A stretch of 64,000 bases of DNA, from assembly GCF_009914755.1 (NCBI RefSeq), contig NC_060940.1; one strand, written 5' to 3'. This DNA comes from the human T2T-CHM13v2.0 reference genome, Homo sapiens. Shown piece after piece: positions 1 to 15,684 of this stretch. The notes below the pieces were generated by a model. The model had not been told where the DNA came from, ran no database searches, and saw only the letters and a list, made by a program, of their open reading frames with translations. Position 1 is the stretch's first letter, and each line of letters starts with the position of its first letter. The position numbers and the translations under genes were made by a program.

Positions 1-85
1 TGGAACCTGGGAGGCGGAGGTTGAAGTGAGCCAAGATCATGCCATTGAACTCCAGCCTGGGCGACAGTACGAGACTCCGTCTCAA

Positions 86-125
<40 letters not shown>
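1..125 (+). mobile_element. Alu 3' end with (TAAA)n tail
   Basis: Alu right-arm sequence followed by tetranucleotide tail. Confidence 0.92.
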
Positions 126-126
<1 letters not shown>

Positions 127-896
127 AAATAATCAATAAATCTTATTTCTTATTACAACTATAATTTTCCATCATTGGCCTGTGATTCATCCTATTTGAA
201 GATTTTCAATTTTATTTAGCAACAGATTCCTTTTAAAAAAATAAAATAAAATACTACGTGGCACCCAGTATGAATAGTTTACCCCTGTAGGCACTCTGCC
301 AGGGCACCTCCCTTGGCCCCTACCAAGACACTTGCAAGGAGCGTAATTTTTAAAATCCTCTTTAATCAAATTCCTTTCATTCACAGAGAAGGAAAGAAGT
401 TGAGGTCCAAATATGAAATATGATTTGCCCAGCATTCCATAGCAGTCTGGACTGAGACCATTCCTGCTCTCTGGCACAACCACCCTGCCTCTTTGAAAAG
501 TAGAGACTTTAATATTTGATTCACATCTGAATCATCTACATCAGTTTAATGGTTGAATCTGATTCACATCACAATCATAGCTCTAAGCAGCCTCAAATTC
601 CTGGGCTCAAGCGATCCTCCCATATCATTTAATTCTTAGAGTACTATTAAACCCATTTCACAGATGAAAATATTGACACCTAGAGAGGGACTATCAATTT
701 CCCAAAGCCAGGCTTAATAACTCACTCAAGCTCATACAACTAGTAAGTGACAGAGCTGGGGCTTGAACCAGGCAGTGCTTTGACTCTGTCCCCCACTGGC
801 CAGGGCATAACCATCATTTATGACAAAGTCTAGATTTGAACCTGGGCTCCAGAATTCCTGGCTCTTCCATTGGGCAACCCTGATTCCCAGCCCTCA

Positions 897-1265
<369 letters not shown>

Positions 1266-1292
1266 CTAGTCTCCTTGATAAAAAGCTGCCTG

Positions 1293-1602
<310 letters not shown>

Positions 1603-1862
1603 TTAAAAACTCCCTGTGCAGCCTGAACAACGAGCCAATTAATCATCTTTTCTTTATAAATTAGAAAAAAAAAGTTACAACAGCAATGACCATTCATGCG
1701 CATATGTCATGTGCCAGACCCCGAGTGGAATACCCCTCCTGAGTCATAGCATTAGTTCCTTCAGTGACCCTAACAAGTGGCGCTGCCACATCCCTGCTTC
1801 CCAGACAAGAAGACAGAGATTCATAGTAACAGAGTCACTGAGGGATTGCCCACAATATGTGA

Positions 1863-2642
<780 letters not shown>

Positions 2643-3001
2643 TAATGCTCTGCTCACACAAACATTTACCTCTGGGTTTCATTTGAGGAGGCCTCTGTAG
2701 GTGAGGTCCTGATTCTCTGTACATTAAGGATACAGACCTTGCCTTCCAGGACCACTGGAGACAAATAGACTAGTTTCTGAACCCAATGCTGATGCCTACT
2801 GGCTGAGACAATCCCTACTATGGCCCTACTTTTCCCATCTGTAAAATGGAGAACTATCACCATGAATTGCTTTCTTTATTTGAAGCTGATGTTTATTGAG
2901 CACTTACTGTGTGCAGTCACTGTCCTAATCACTTTAACACATTAACTCATTCAATCCTCTTAATACACCTGTGGAGTAGGTACTATTATTTCTCCACTTT
3001 A

Positions 3002-3346
<345 letters not shown>

Positions 3347-3650
3347 TTAGGTGGGATTGAGGACGTGTGTCTATAGCTTGGGGGCCCAGCACATCCCCAG
3401 GGGCCAGGTCCAGCTGGCTGGGCTGACCACCATCTGGAAGTGCTCAGCATAGCCTTGAGCTGATCTGTCCCCTCCCAATGTGATGGGGACTCAAGATTGG
3501 ACCTCTGACATCAATGGATACATCCACTGACCAACCACTCAGTCTTGGGTTCCCCTAAATGTGGGTTATATACCAAATGCAGGACGGTTTTGGGGGGTTT
3601 TGATGTCCCAGCATTAAATAACAATGAATACTCGTTTAAAAAAATAAAAA

Positions 3651-3912
3651 GGCTAGATGCGGTGGCTCATGCCTATAATCCTAGCACTTTGGGAGGCCAA
3701 GGCAGACAGATTACTTGAGGTCCAGAGGTCAATTTCCTTGTCTATAAAATGAGAATACGCATCTCCCACAGTAGTAATAGTAGCCAAAGGAGATGATGCA
3801 AGTTACATATGTATACATATGTAACAAACCTGCACGTTGTGCACATGTACCCTAGAACGTGAAGTATAATAAAAAAAAGAAAGAGAGAAAGAAAGAAAGA
3901 AAGAAAGAAAAA
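3651..3912 (+). mobile_element. Composite: truncated Alu head + 88-bp local copy + L1PA 3' terminus with GA-rich tail
   Basis: Alu 3651-3720; copy of 10448-10535 at 3716-3803; L1 3' end 3808-3878. Confidence 0.9.
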
Positions 3913-4019
3913 GCAAGCACGCTGCAATTACTTTCTACCCTTTTCACATCAAGGAGACAGTCCCAGCTTGCCACTAATGTCTTTAATGCCATGTACTCAC
4001 TAACTTCCCTCTCTCTCTC

Positions 4020-4399
<380 letters not shown>

Positions 4400-4810
4400 T
4401 AATTTTTTAAAAATTGAAGTATTTTTCTAATTTTTAGTATTTATTTTTTAAAATTTGTTTTATGGAAGTATTACACAACTGCTGAAATTTAGTAACCTTC
4501 TTTTCTTTTTAGTAACTTTTATTTTTACAGTTAACTTTCTGTCTAAGGTAAGCATAACTTGCCACAGACAGATGAAGTCCTGACCATCAACATTCCAAAT
4601 TTGCTTAAGAGATTCAGTCCATTAGAAGAAAAACAACTTAATAAAAGTCATGGCACAGGTAACACTTGGATAAAGCAAGTGAACCAGGGTGCCAATTGTA
4701 AAGTTGGCACTTGGATGTAACTAAAATCATGACTGAAGTCTGAAAATACTATTTTCATCTTCAATAATTGTACCTATGAGAAATCTGAGGCTTGTGCCTG
4801 GCCCGGAGTA

Positions 4811-4870
4811 CTGAGCTGATTGGTGGACTGGTCATCAGGCCTGAGCTGATTGGTGGACTGCTCACCGGGC
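4811..4870. repeat. 2 x 30-bp tandem repeat containing CCAAT boxes
   Basis: 27/30 identical units starting ctgagctgattggtggactg. Confidence 0.9.
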
Positions 4871-5188
4871 CGGGCTTGTGTTCTGGTGCTGCAGGAATAG
4901 GGCTCAGATGGTCTTTGGCTCCCAGATGGCAGCAACGTGTGTGCCCACTGTGGTGTGGGCCTCAGAAAGAAGGCTGGGTGCGAGGAGGTCCCCAAATCTT
5001 TGGCAGCTTTGAAGTCAACTAAAGGGAGACTCAGGGAGCCTCAGAGAGCCTCTTGCCGGCTTTAATGGGTATTAGTGGATCTTCTGTTTTCACTCAGGTT
5101 GGATATATATCCCCTGCGTCATACCCATATGGCCCCAATCTCACAGGGGAGGAATGTGTCCCTCCCCCAGGCAGTGACAGGTTTCTCA

Positions 5189-5353
<165 letters not shown>

Positions 5354-5356
5354 TCA

Positions 5357-6229
<873 letters not shown>

Positions 6230-6409
6230 TCAGGGTTTGGGCAGCTGGGCCCATGGCCACCCAGAGATCCTTCCCTCATTCTCCAGGGAACTCATTATTT
6301 TTAAGACTTATTCCCTAGAGGGCTCCCTCCAAAACAAGGAAAGAAGCAAAGAAACAAAACTCCTCTGATGATGTCAAGCCTCCACCGTTCATTCTGTGTT
6401 TATTTCATT

Positions 6410-6609
6410 GTATTTTTTAACTTTATTTATTTTTTTGGAGAGGGGTCTTGCTCTGTCGCCCAGGCTGGAGTGCAGTAGTGCGATCATAGCTCACCATAGC
6501 CTCCAATTCCTGGGTTCAAGCGTTCTACTCCCTGAGTTCAAGCCACCACCGCACCCTGCCTCAGCTTCCCAAAAAGTTGGGACCACAGGCACGTGCAATC
6601 GCGCCCAGC
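6410..6609 (-). mobile_element. Partial AluJ-type element with internal rearrangement
   Basis: Alu right arm; cctg(g/a)gttcaagc occurs twice. Confidence 0.85.
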
Positions 6610-6782
6610 TCCACCATTCATTTTTTGTGTTAAGCATTGCTTTCAAGCTGTCTTCTTTTAAAATAGCCACATTCCCACATTCAGAAAAGTAATGCGCAGA
6701 ATTCCTATACTTTGGTAGGATTTACGGTGAACCTGTTGCCCCTCCCTTTCTTTGCACATTTTATGTTTTCTGCCAGATCTGC

Positions 6783-6881
6783 TTCCCTGGCTGGTGAAAT
6801 CTTCATCAGGACCCTGCTCAGTGTCGCCTCCTCTCTGCGGAGTCCTCCAACTCCACCTGGCTGGGCAGTTGTACTTTGTTC
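6783..6881 (-). CDS. UMOD: Candidate 99-nt in-frame cassette exon in UMOD intron 2 (adds RTKYNCPARWSWRTPQRGGDTEQGPDEDFTSQG)
   Basis: T-rich tract + cggag|GA acceptor, open in phase 1-1, but the donor would be a non-canonical GAA|gcagat; matches my recollection of a 33-aa-longer UMOD isoform. Confidence 0.45.
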
Positions 6882-7359
6882 CTCCGTAATAAAAATAACC
6901 ATTAAAAAAAAAAAGAAGCTGTTGTTTATTAAGCAATTACTATATGCCAGGCAATAGGATGTGCACTTTTCACTCACTATCTTGTTGAATACTTCCCAAG
7001 GGCCTCGTGAGGTCAGTTTTTTATGTATCCTTATTTTAAAGATGAGGAGACTGAGGTTCAGAGGGATTAAGCCCCTTACTCCTTTGGTAAGAAGTAGAAC
7101 CAGGATAAAAACGCAGATGGCAGGACCACAGAATATGTGCTTTTAACCAGGACACCGCAATAGTATTCATCGTGCCCCAATGTACTCCAGGGAGAAAATG
7201 AAAGTGGGGTGACAGCAAATCTCAACCCAATGGAATGACCTCTTAAAGTTGAAAGGGAAGGTGTTTGGATCCTCCTGCATGGGTTCAAATCTCCTATGTG
7301 ATAGAGTATGTTTCTGACTTCCAATAAAGGGCCTGCAGGCCTTAGAGATGTTCTAGCCC

Positions 7360-7515
7360 CTTGCTTTTCAATGTGTACTCCAGGGACCCCAGTATGAGCA
7401 TCGCCTGGAAGCTTGTTAAAAATTCAGCATCTCAGGTCCTACTGCAGATCTGCTGAACCAGAATATGCACTTTAGCAAAATTTCTAAGTCAGTCCTGTGC
7501 ATATTGAGTCTAAGA
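7360..7515. mobile_element. MER5A-like hAT MITE
   Basis: agcatcgcctggaagcttgttaaaaattcag...ctgctgaaccagaatatgcactttagcaa signature. Confidence 0.65.
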
Positions 7516-7656
7516 AATGGACTTAGAATGAAGACAATGCAAGTCTCAAGTGCGATAGGAGGATTGAGATCACCTCTGACAGGTGCTACATTGCTTCCCC
7601 CACACATTCACACATACACGTGCATACACACATATACAATGCACACACACTTTTCA

Positions 7657-7953
<297 letters not shown>

Positions 7954-8747
7954 TTATATGGACTAAAAAATTGCATAACACTGCAGCCCTTGTTTTGCTG
8001 GGACTTTACCCCTTGTACTCCCCCTCCTTACCTCACCAACATCCCAGTCTTGGCTCCCCAATTCTCAGCACATTGCACATTTTGAAGAACTCAGTCATTT
8101 GGAGCAGGAAGTAGCCAGATGGAATAGTGTTCTGGACTCACCACTTTACTGAAGGCAGCTTTGGATTTTAACTGATCCTCTGCCTGGAAACTTTCAATTT
8201 GCCTGGATCACTTATTCATTCAACAAACATCTATTGAGTAGCTACATTGTGCCAAACAGGGAGCTAGTCACCATGGAGAACAATGAACATGGCAGTCTGC
8301 TCCTTCATGCAACTCACATATCGTAAAGAAGTGGCTTGAGACGAGCAACTTGAGAGGTAATTAACCTTCACAATGCATTTAAATGTTTCTGGAGTGGTCA
8401 CTTACTATTTCTTCCAATTGGAAAAATAGTCCAGGGTGGATGCCAGTATTACCCCAGTGTTTATAGCAGCAAAATAGGGTGGCATGTTGGTTAAGTATGT
8501 AGGAGCTGCAGCCTGCACCTGAGGTTCAAATCCCTGCTTTACTGATCACTAACACTGTGATGTGGGTATTTCAGTTTACTAAGTCTCCGTTTTTGTCTGT
8601 GAAATGGAGATTGTTGCTTTCACAAACTGAATATCTATGATGGGCCAGGCTCAGTTCAAAGACATTCATGTGCTCAAAGGCATTGGGTCCTAGAGCAACG
8701 TTTTCCAGATCTTCGTGACCATGATGTACTAAAAGAAAAACATTTTA

Positions 8748-9151
<404 letters not shown>

Positions 9152-9700
9152 TTAAGTGATTTAATTCTTACCACAACCCTATGAGATAAGTATTATCCTA
9201 GTTTGCAGATGAGAAAACAGGGGGACAAAGAGGCTAACTGCTTGCCTCAAATTTGTATTGCTTACTGACATATTCTATTATATTTAATTAAAAGAAGTCC
9301 CTGGATATAACCCACAAAAGGAATGATTTTATGACCCGCTAATAAGATGCGACCTAAAACACTGCATATTGTCACTGGGATTAACTAAGATGACATATGT
9401 CGAGCAGGGCCCAGCACATAGCAAGTTGTTCATTGTTGTAACCCTGGTACCTGGCACATAATAGGTGCATAACTAATATTCATGGAATAAGTCAAAAAAT
9501 AGTAGTCATTGTTACTAGGACAGAGAGGATCAAAGAGAGGAAAACTAACTTACTAAAGATCATGAAGCCAATAATTGGCAGAATAATGACTCAAATCCAG
9601 GTCTGACCCCAGTGTCCAAGGTCTTAATTTCCTCTCCTACCTCCCTCAAATAGGATGGGGAGAAGCTGGGCTAGGAGAAGACAGCTACAGATAGCCTTAC

Positions 9701-9727
9701 CTGAAGCCAGAAAGGTAGAGTTAGTCT
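9701..9727 (-). other. UMOD: UMOD non-coding exon 1 (5' end approximate)
   Basis: Strong donor CAG|gtaagg at 9701/9700, starting about 30 nt downstream of the TATA box 5' end. Confidence 0.85.
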
Positions 9728-9747
9728 GGTCATGATGTGCCTCATAC

Positions 9748-9756
9748 TTATATATA
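9748..9756 (-). promoter_or_regulatory. UMOD TATA box (TATATATAA)
   Basis: + strand ttatatata at 9748-9756 at canonical distance from exon 1. Confidence 0.85.
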
Positions 9757-10002
9757 CACATTTGCCCCAGGCTGGCAATCTCTCCTCCAATTAGTCTCTA
9801 GTTCTGTTTTTTGATATTGTTTTCTTGGGGGTGGAATATTTTTTCCTCCTGGCATAATGTTTGCCTTGTCCAAGCTGTGAGGTTGTTGTTGTTCTTTTTC
9901 CTAATAGCTAGAGACCCCAAATGATTGACATTGGGGGGTCACACCTGTGCCCGGAAATACAAGGTCACTGTTTCGCACCTTCTAACAGCAAGAGATTCCA
10001 TA

Positions 10003-10015
10003 GTTAGAAATTAAC
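10003..10015 (-). promoter_or_regulatory. HNF1-like site GTTAATTTCTAAC in UMOD proximal promoter
   Basis: 10/12 match to GTTAATNATTAAC about 280 bp upstream of the TSS; UMOD is an established HNF1B target. Confidence 0.55.
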
Positions 10016-10772
10016 TGGGAAAGCAGTGCCAAGGTGCTGGGCTTCTTCTTGGTCACTGACAAGGGCAGGGTGGGATCAAGGAGCCAGGCAGAAGCCAGTA
10101 TCTGAAGCCAGGCTGCATAAGGACAAAAGGGATATTCACTGCCCCAGATGGGAGGTGCACCTGTCTTGGAGAGGGCACCCTTCTGAAACACCCATTCTCA
10201 TGAGATCAGCCTTAGAATCCAGACACAAGCAAGAGAGGAGCTGAGAATGGCTGAAAGTCAGAACCAGAAGGTAGTTCGGACATCACTGGACCTGACCCAC
10301 TCTGTACAACAAAGAATCAGGTCTGATGACTGGGAGGTCCCTTTGGAGGCGAAATAAATTTGCACTTAAATAGACTGACTTTGGAGTCAGTCTGCCTCCT
10401 TTATCTGGTGTTTATTGTGTGGCAGTGGGCTCATTTCTTAACCTTCCTGAGGTCCAGAGGTCAATTTCCTTGTCTATAAAATGAGAATACCCATCTCCCA
10501 CAGTAGTAATAGTAACCAAAGGAGATGATGCAAGTAAAGTCATATAGTAATGATTATATTCATGGAAGTAGTGAAAATTCTGCTTTGCTGTTGTGCAATC
10601 ACTGAGGTAGAAAATGACAGAGCCTGAGTTAAAACCATGTCTTCAGACCCAGTTCAACATACATGACATTCCAAAAGTCAGTGTGAGAGTGGCTGTCATC
10701 ACGTTGAGAAAAATAAAATATGTGTGAACTTGGGCTGAGCAGGAAAATATCACCATGATCACTGCATTGATC

Positions 10773-11210
10773 TTTTTTTTTTTTTATACTTTAAGTTTTA
10801 GGGTACAAGTGCACAACGTGCAGGTTTGTTACATATGTATACATGTGCCATGTTGATGTGCTGCACCCATTAACTTGTCATTTACATTAGGTATAACTCC
10901 TAATGCTATCCCTCCCCGCTCCCCCCATCCCACAATAGGCCCCTGGGTGTGATGTTCCCCTTCCTGTGTCCAAGTGCTCTCATTGTTCAATTCCCACCTG
11001 TGAGTGAGAACATGCGGTGTTTGGTTTTTTGTCCTTGCGATAGTTTGCTGAGAATGATGGTTTCCATCTTCATCCATGTCCCTACAAAGGACATGAACTC
11101 ATATTTTTTATGGCTGCATAGTATTCCACGGTGTATATGTGCCACATTTTCTTAATCCAGTCTATCATTGATGGACATTTGAGTTGGTTCCAAGTCTTTG
11201 CTATTGTGAA
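10773..11210 (-). mobile_element. 5'-truncated L1PA (3'UTR) about 1 kb upstream of UMOD TSS
   Basis: poly(T) then tatactttaagttttagggtac...; L1 3'UTR and ORF2 end; attg(a/c)tcttttt on both flanks. Confidence 0.93.
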
Positions 11211-11734
11211 TTGCTCTTTTCAGGACATTTCTCCATCCTGTCCCACTCAGTGGTAGGGTAACCACTGGCACTGGTGTTGTCATCTCCTCAGGATTATGTC
11301 CAAGGAGTGGAAATTCTGGGTCAAAGAGGTAGCACAGCTGTAGGGATATTGACTCCTCTTCCCAAACAGCACCCCAGAGAATTATTAAAAATTGGTTTAC
11401 AATCCCACCAACACTACTCACCAGTTCTGAGCATTGGTAACTTGCTTTCATCTTTGCCAAAAGGATAAGTGGAAACGATCTCATTATTGTTCATTTTTGC
11501 AATTCTTTGATGAAAAGGGAAGTTATCTCTTCATTTATTTACTTTTTTTTTTCTGAACTAGTCGTTTTTATCCTATACCTTTTTCATGAGGCCTTGTCTA
11601 AACCTTATTATGGGTGTCTTCAAAGGATTAAAGACAGTGACCCCAGGTGGCTTCTGGAGTTTTCTTGACAAAGACTTGGGCAGGAAAATGGGGAGTTTGG
11701 GTTGGAATCTATTCATAAGTGTAATCACCATGCT

Positions 11735-12235
11735 TTCTAGTTTCTGTATTTGGTGCTTGTACATTTTGGGGCCTTACTGATCATGGAGGGACTGCCCCTC
11801 CCAGGGCTCAATAATTACTAGAGATCAAAAACGACTTATCTGTGAATGTGCCTTTCCGACTGCAAATCAATCAATCCAGACCACATACCCCCAACCCTTG
11901 GCCTCCTTTTTGGGGCTTTTACACTTAGGGTCACTACTTGCTGCTTTAGATCACCCCAAGGGACCAGGTACCAGACAACTAGAGACAACTCCTATGGCCC
12001 AGAGGTCTCTGAAATTATTCAAACTAAGCCAATCCTAAATCTGCTTACCTTGCCTCTCCCATTCCTTCCTGCAGAAACTACAATAAAGGCTCTTTCCTGC
12101 CTTTTCCCTTGCTCTCTTTGCTTCCTGACCGACCCTGGTACTTCCCAGCTGCTCTTCCTCTCCCTTCAGCCCCTCTGCCCAGTGTGGTGTGTCCCCTCCT
12201 CTTGGGATCTGTGAGTATAACAAGTTGTCAGTGGC
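11735..12235 (+). mobile_element. ERVL-type solo LTR (MER54/73/74-like)
   Basis: ggggccttactga...gactgcccctcccagggc...gaaattattcaaacta...caataaaggctc signature. Confidence 0.6.
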
Positions 12236-12394
12236 CATAATTTCCTGCTCTGTTGCTCATCAAGTTCACCAAAGACATCCATGTTACCAAATTCAATCAA
12301 TATTTTTCTCTTTATCTTACCTCTAGGACAGTGCACAATAAATATTTGTTTTTGAACGAACCTTAATCTCTCAGCACTTCGCTCTTGAAACACT

Positions 12395-12714
12395 CTTCTT
12401 TCTTTCTTTCTTTTTCTTCTTCTTTTTTTTTTTTTTTAATGGAGTCTTGCTCTGTCACCCAGGTTGGAGTGCAGTGGCTCAGTCTTGGCTCACTGCAACC
12501 TTCACCTCCCAAGTTCAAGTGATTCTCTTGAATCCTTGAATCCTCAGCCTCCCGAGTAGCTGGGATTACAGGTGCATACCACCATGCCCGGCTAATTTGT
12601 GTTTTTTTTGTACACATTGGCCAGGCTGGTCTCGAACTCCCGACCTCAGGTAATCTGCCTGCCTCGGCCTCCCAAAGTGCTGGGATTACAGACATGAGCC
12701 ACCACAACCAGCCT
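12395..12714 (-). mobile_element. Alu
   Basis: Reverse Alu with small internal deletion. Confidence 0.93.
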
Positions 12715-13194
12715 GAAACACTTTTCTCTCTTAACTTTCAAACATGGGTAGGAGACTTGATCTTAATAATGCTGAGAACAATCACCCACTGAGCACTTCT
12801 CTTGGGTCAGACACTGTGCTCGGTGCTTTTGCCTCCATTGTCTCAAACAATGAAACACAACAACCCACGTCACAGGGAAGAAGACAAGTTCAGAGAGGTG
12901 GAGTAACTCCCCCAAGATTACACAGCTAGCGAGTGTTAAATCCAGACTAAAACTCAAATCTCACTCAGATTTACCTGCATTCCTTGGGTTACAGAACATT
13001 CCATGCTCAGCCATGACAGGGTCTTAGAAGGATAAGTGGTTTTAGGTAGTTTTGGAAAGAGTGAAACTAAAGGGTGGAGAGTTTTGAAAAATTGATCAAA
13101 CAGAACACAAAAACTTAGAATGAGAGGTTGGTGTGTGTCAGAAAGCGGCAAAAAATGAGCCAAGGGAGAAGATCCCCCAAAAGAGGGGTATTAC

Positions 13195-13313
13195 CTGTCC
13201 CACCTACCTCTCTGAGCACACACCTCCTGAGGCTCCAGTTATGCCTGGGGGACCTGGAGGTGGCACACCCATTCTCTGGCTCGTGGCCTGTCAGGGGCTC
13301 TATGCCACATGAT
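13195..13313 (-). other. UMOD: Candidate distal alternative first exon of UMOD (5' end approximate)
   Basis: Donor CAG|gtaata at 13195/13194 in unique GC-richer sequence; recollection that UMOD annotation extends about 3.6 kb upstream. Confidence 0.4.
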
Positions 13314-13687
13314 CTAGTCTAGGCAGCCCCCCGTAATCCTCCTTCAACTGGCAGCCACATGACCTCAAGGCCGAGGCAGGTTAGCCTTACACCGTGTCCT
13401 GAATACTAACACCTGCTCCTGTTGGGGAATTCGGCTCAGGTGAGTTCCAGAGCCGCAGGCTGTTCCCTGCTTCCTCTGGTTGTGGACAGGCCAGGTTCAG
13501 GGTGAGGGGCATGGGAGCTGTCTCTGGAGGTATGAGAAAGCACAAATAGCCTTTGCCTTACATGACAGGTGAGGAGTGGAGAGACCCAGGTGGTTTCTAG
13601 AGACCTCAATTTCTAAAAGAATGCTGCCCTTCTTTTCTCAAGAGAAGGCCTGGCTGAAATGAATGACACAAATCCATGAGTTAAATC

Positions 13688-14122
13688 TGTGGTAGGCTGA
13701 ATAATGACCCCCAAATACGTTCACCTCTGAATCCCCAAACCTGTGTGTGTTGCCTTTTATGGCAAAAGGGACTGTGCAGTGTGATTACAGATCCTGAGAT
13801 GGAGAGGTTGTCTGGGCAGGCTGGATGCAATCACAGTGGTGCCTATAAAAGTGATGCAGGAGGAGTCAGAGGAAGTAGGTGTAAGGATGAAATGAAAAGT
13901 CAGAGTGATTCTAGGACAGAACCATAAACCAAGGAATGCAGGGGCCTCCCAGAAGCTAGAAAAGGCATAGCAGGGAATTCATCCAAAAGGGACTAACTCG
14001 TGAATTTAGTCCAGTGGAATTGATTTCTAATTTCTAGCCTCCAGAACTCTAAGAGAGTAAGTTTGTGTTGTTTTAAGCCACTAAGTGTTAATTTGTCAGA
14101 TCAAAAATAGGGAACGAATACA
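13688..14122 (+). mobile_element. MLT1 (ERVL-MaLR) solo LTR
   Basis: TG...CA termini; tgtggtaggctgaataatg start and tgttgttttaagccactaagt end motifs. Confidence 0.8.
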
Positions 14123-14691
14123 GATTCCAGTTTGGATCTGGGGACAACACTGTCAGCACCTCTGCCTTTTGGGATGACTATGAAATTATGTATTTCTCAC
14201 CTAAAATGGAATATTTGATTGATCCACGAGCATTTATTGAGCATCTACTATGTGCCAAGCAGAGTTCTAGGCAAAGGGAATACGGCAAGAAAAAAAACAA
14301 TAGATATATCTACTTTCGTGGAGCTTACATATTAATTGGAGAATCAGGCAATATATCATTGCACAACAAAATAAGATGCTTTCAATTTTTAGTCTCCAGG
14401 AATGCCTTTTGGAGGTGGTGACAGGTGAGCTGAGATTTGAACCAAGAAAAGAACATGGCTATGTGAGGAACTGGGGGAAATGTATTTTGAAGGGAGTGCA
14501 TTTAGGCAGAGGGAACATGAGGAGAGAGTGAATTTGGCTTGTTCATAGAGTAGACAGGAAGTGTGGCTGGGGCCTAGAATGTGAGGGGGAGAGGGAGAGG
14601 AGGAGATCTGTGGGGCCAGACCTTTCAAGGTGTTGAAGGCATGGTAGGCAGACTAGATTTTATTCTAAAAGCAATAAAGATGCCATTACAG

Positions 14692-15073
14692 CAGCAGTCC
14701 CCAATCTTTTTGGCATCAGGGACCGGTTTCCTGGAAGACAATTTTTCCAGGGATGGGGGTGGGAAGGTGGAGGGGGTCGGAGGGTGTCGTGGGGGGTCAG
14801 GAGGGAAATGGTATGAAACTAGGAAATAAGAAATGGGATGAACCTCTTCAATGGCACAGATCTAATGCCAGATCATCAGGCATTAGATTCTCATAAGGAG
14901 CCGGCAACCTAGATCCCTCATATCCCAGTTCACAGTAGGGTTTGGGCTCCTATGAGAATCTAATACCCAGGTGGAGCTCTGGCGGTAATGCTCACTCACC
15001 CGCCACTCACCTCCTGCTGTGCCGCCGGGTTCCTGACAGGACACCTACCCATACGGGTCAGCGATCCGTTCTG
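14692..15073 (+). mobile_element. MER1B-like hAT-Charlie MITE
   Basis: CAG...CTG ends, perfect 8-bp TSD cattacag (14684-14691; 15074-15081), MER1 internal motifs. Confidence 0.85.
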
Positions 15074-15327
15074 CATTACAGAATTAGACAAGGTGATGTT
15101 GCAAGTGCTTAAGGCTATGGGTTTTTAAAAGATAGCCTCAGTGATTGTATGGAATATGGAGGGGTTTGGGATGGGGGCTGGGAGGGAGGCACAGAGGGGC
15201 AGCAAAAAGACCAGTTAGGAGACTTCAGCTGAGAAATGGCGGGTGACAGTCAGTGGAGATGAAGGGAAGTGGGTAGAATTACATGGATGGATAAGCTACT
15301 TTTATGATAGTAAAAGAAGGCAGTTGA

Positions 15328-15684
15328 ACCCAGCATTTTCGGAGGTCAAGGCAGGTGCATTGCCTGAGCTCAGGAGTTCAAGACCAGCCTGTGCAACATG
15401 GTGAAACCCCATCTCTCCAAAAATACACAGAAATTAGCTGGGCATGGTGGTGCGTGCCTGCAGTCCCAGCTACTTGTGGGGCTGAGACGGAGGGATCATT
15501 TGAGCCTAGGGGGTTGAGGCTGCAGTGAGCCGTGTTCATGCCACTGCACTGAGTGGATTGATTCCAATAAAAGCATATATCATTGTGGTAGGGTAGGTGG
15601 GTGGCTGGATAGGGTAGCCTGGGTGACAGAGTGAGTCCCTGTCTCCAAAAAAAAAAAAAGAAAAAAAAAAGGAAGAAAGAAAAA
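15328..15684 (+). mobile_element. AluJ-type element with about 65-bp internal non-Alu insertion
   Basis: Alu consensus interrupted between ccactgcact and agcctggg. Confidence 0.92.
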
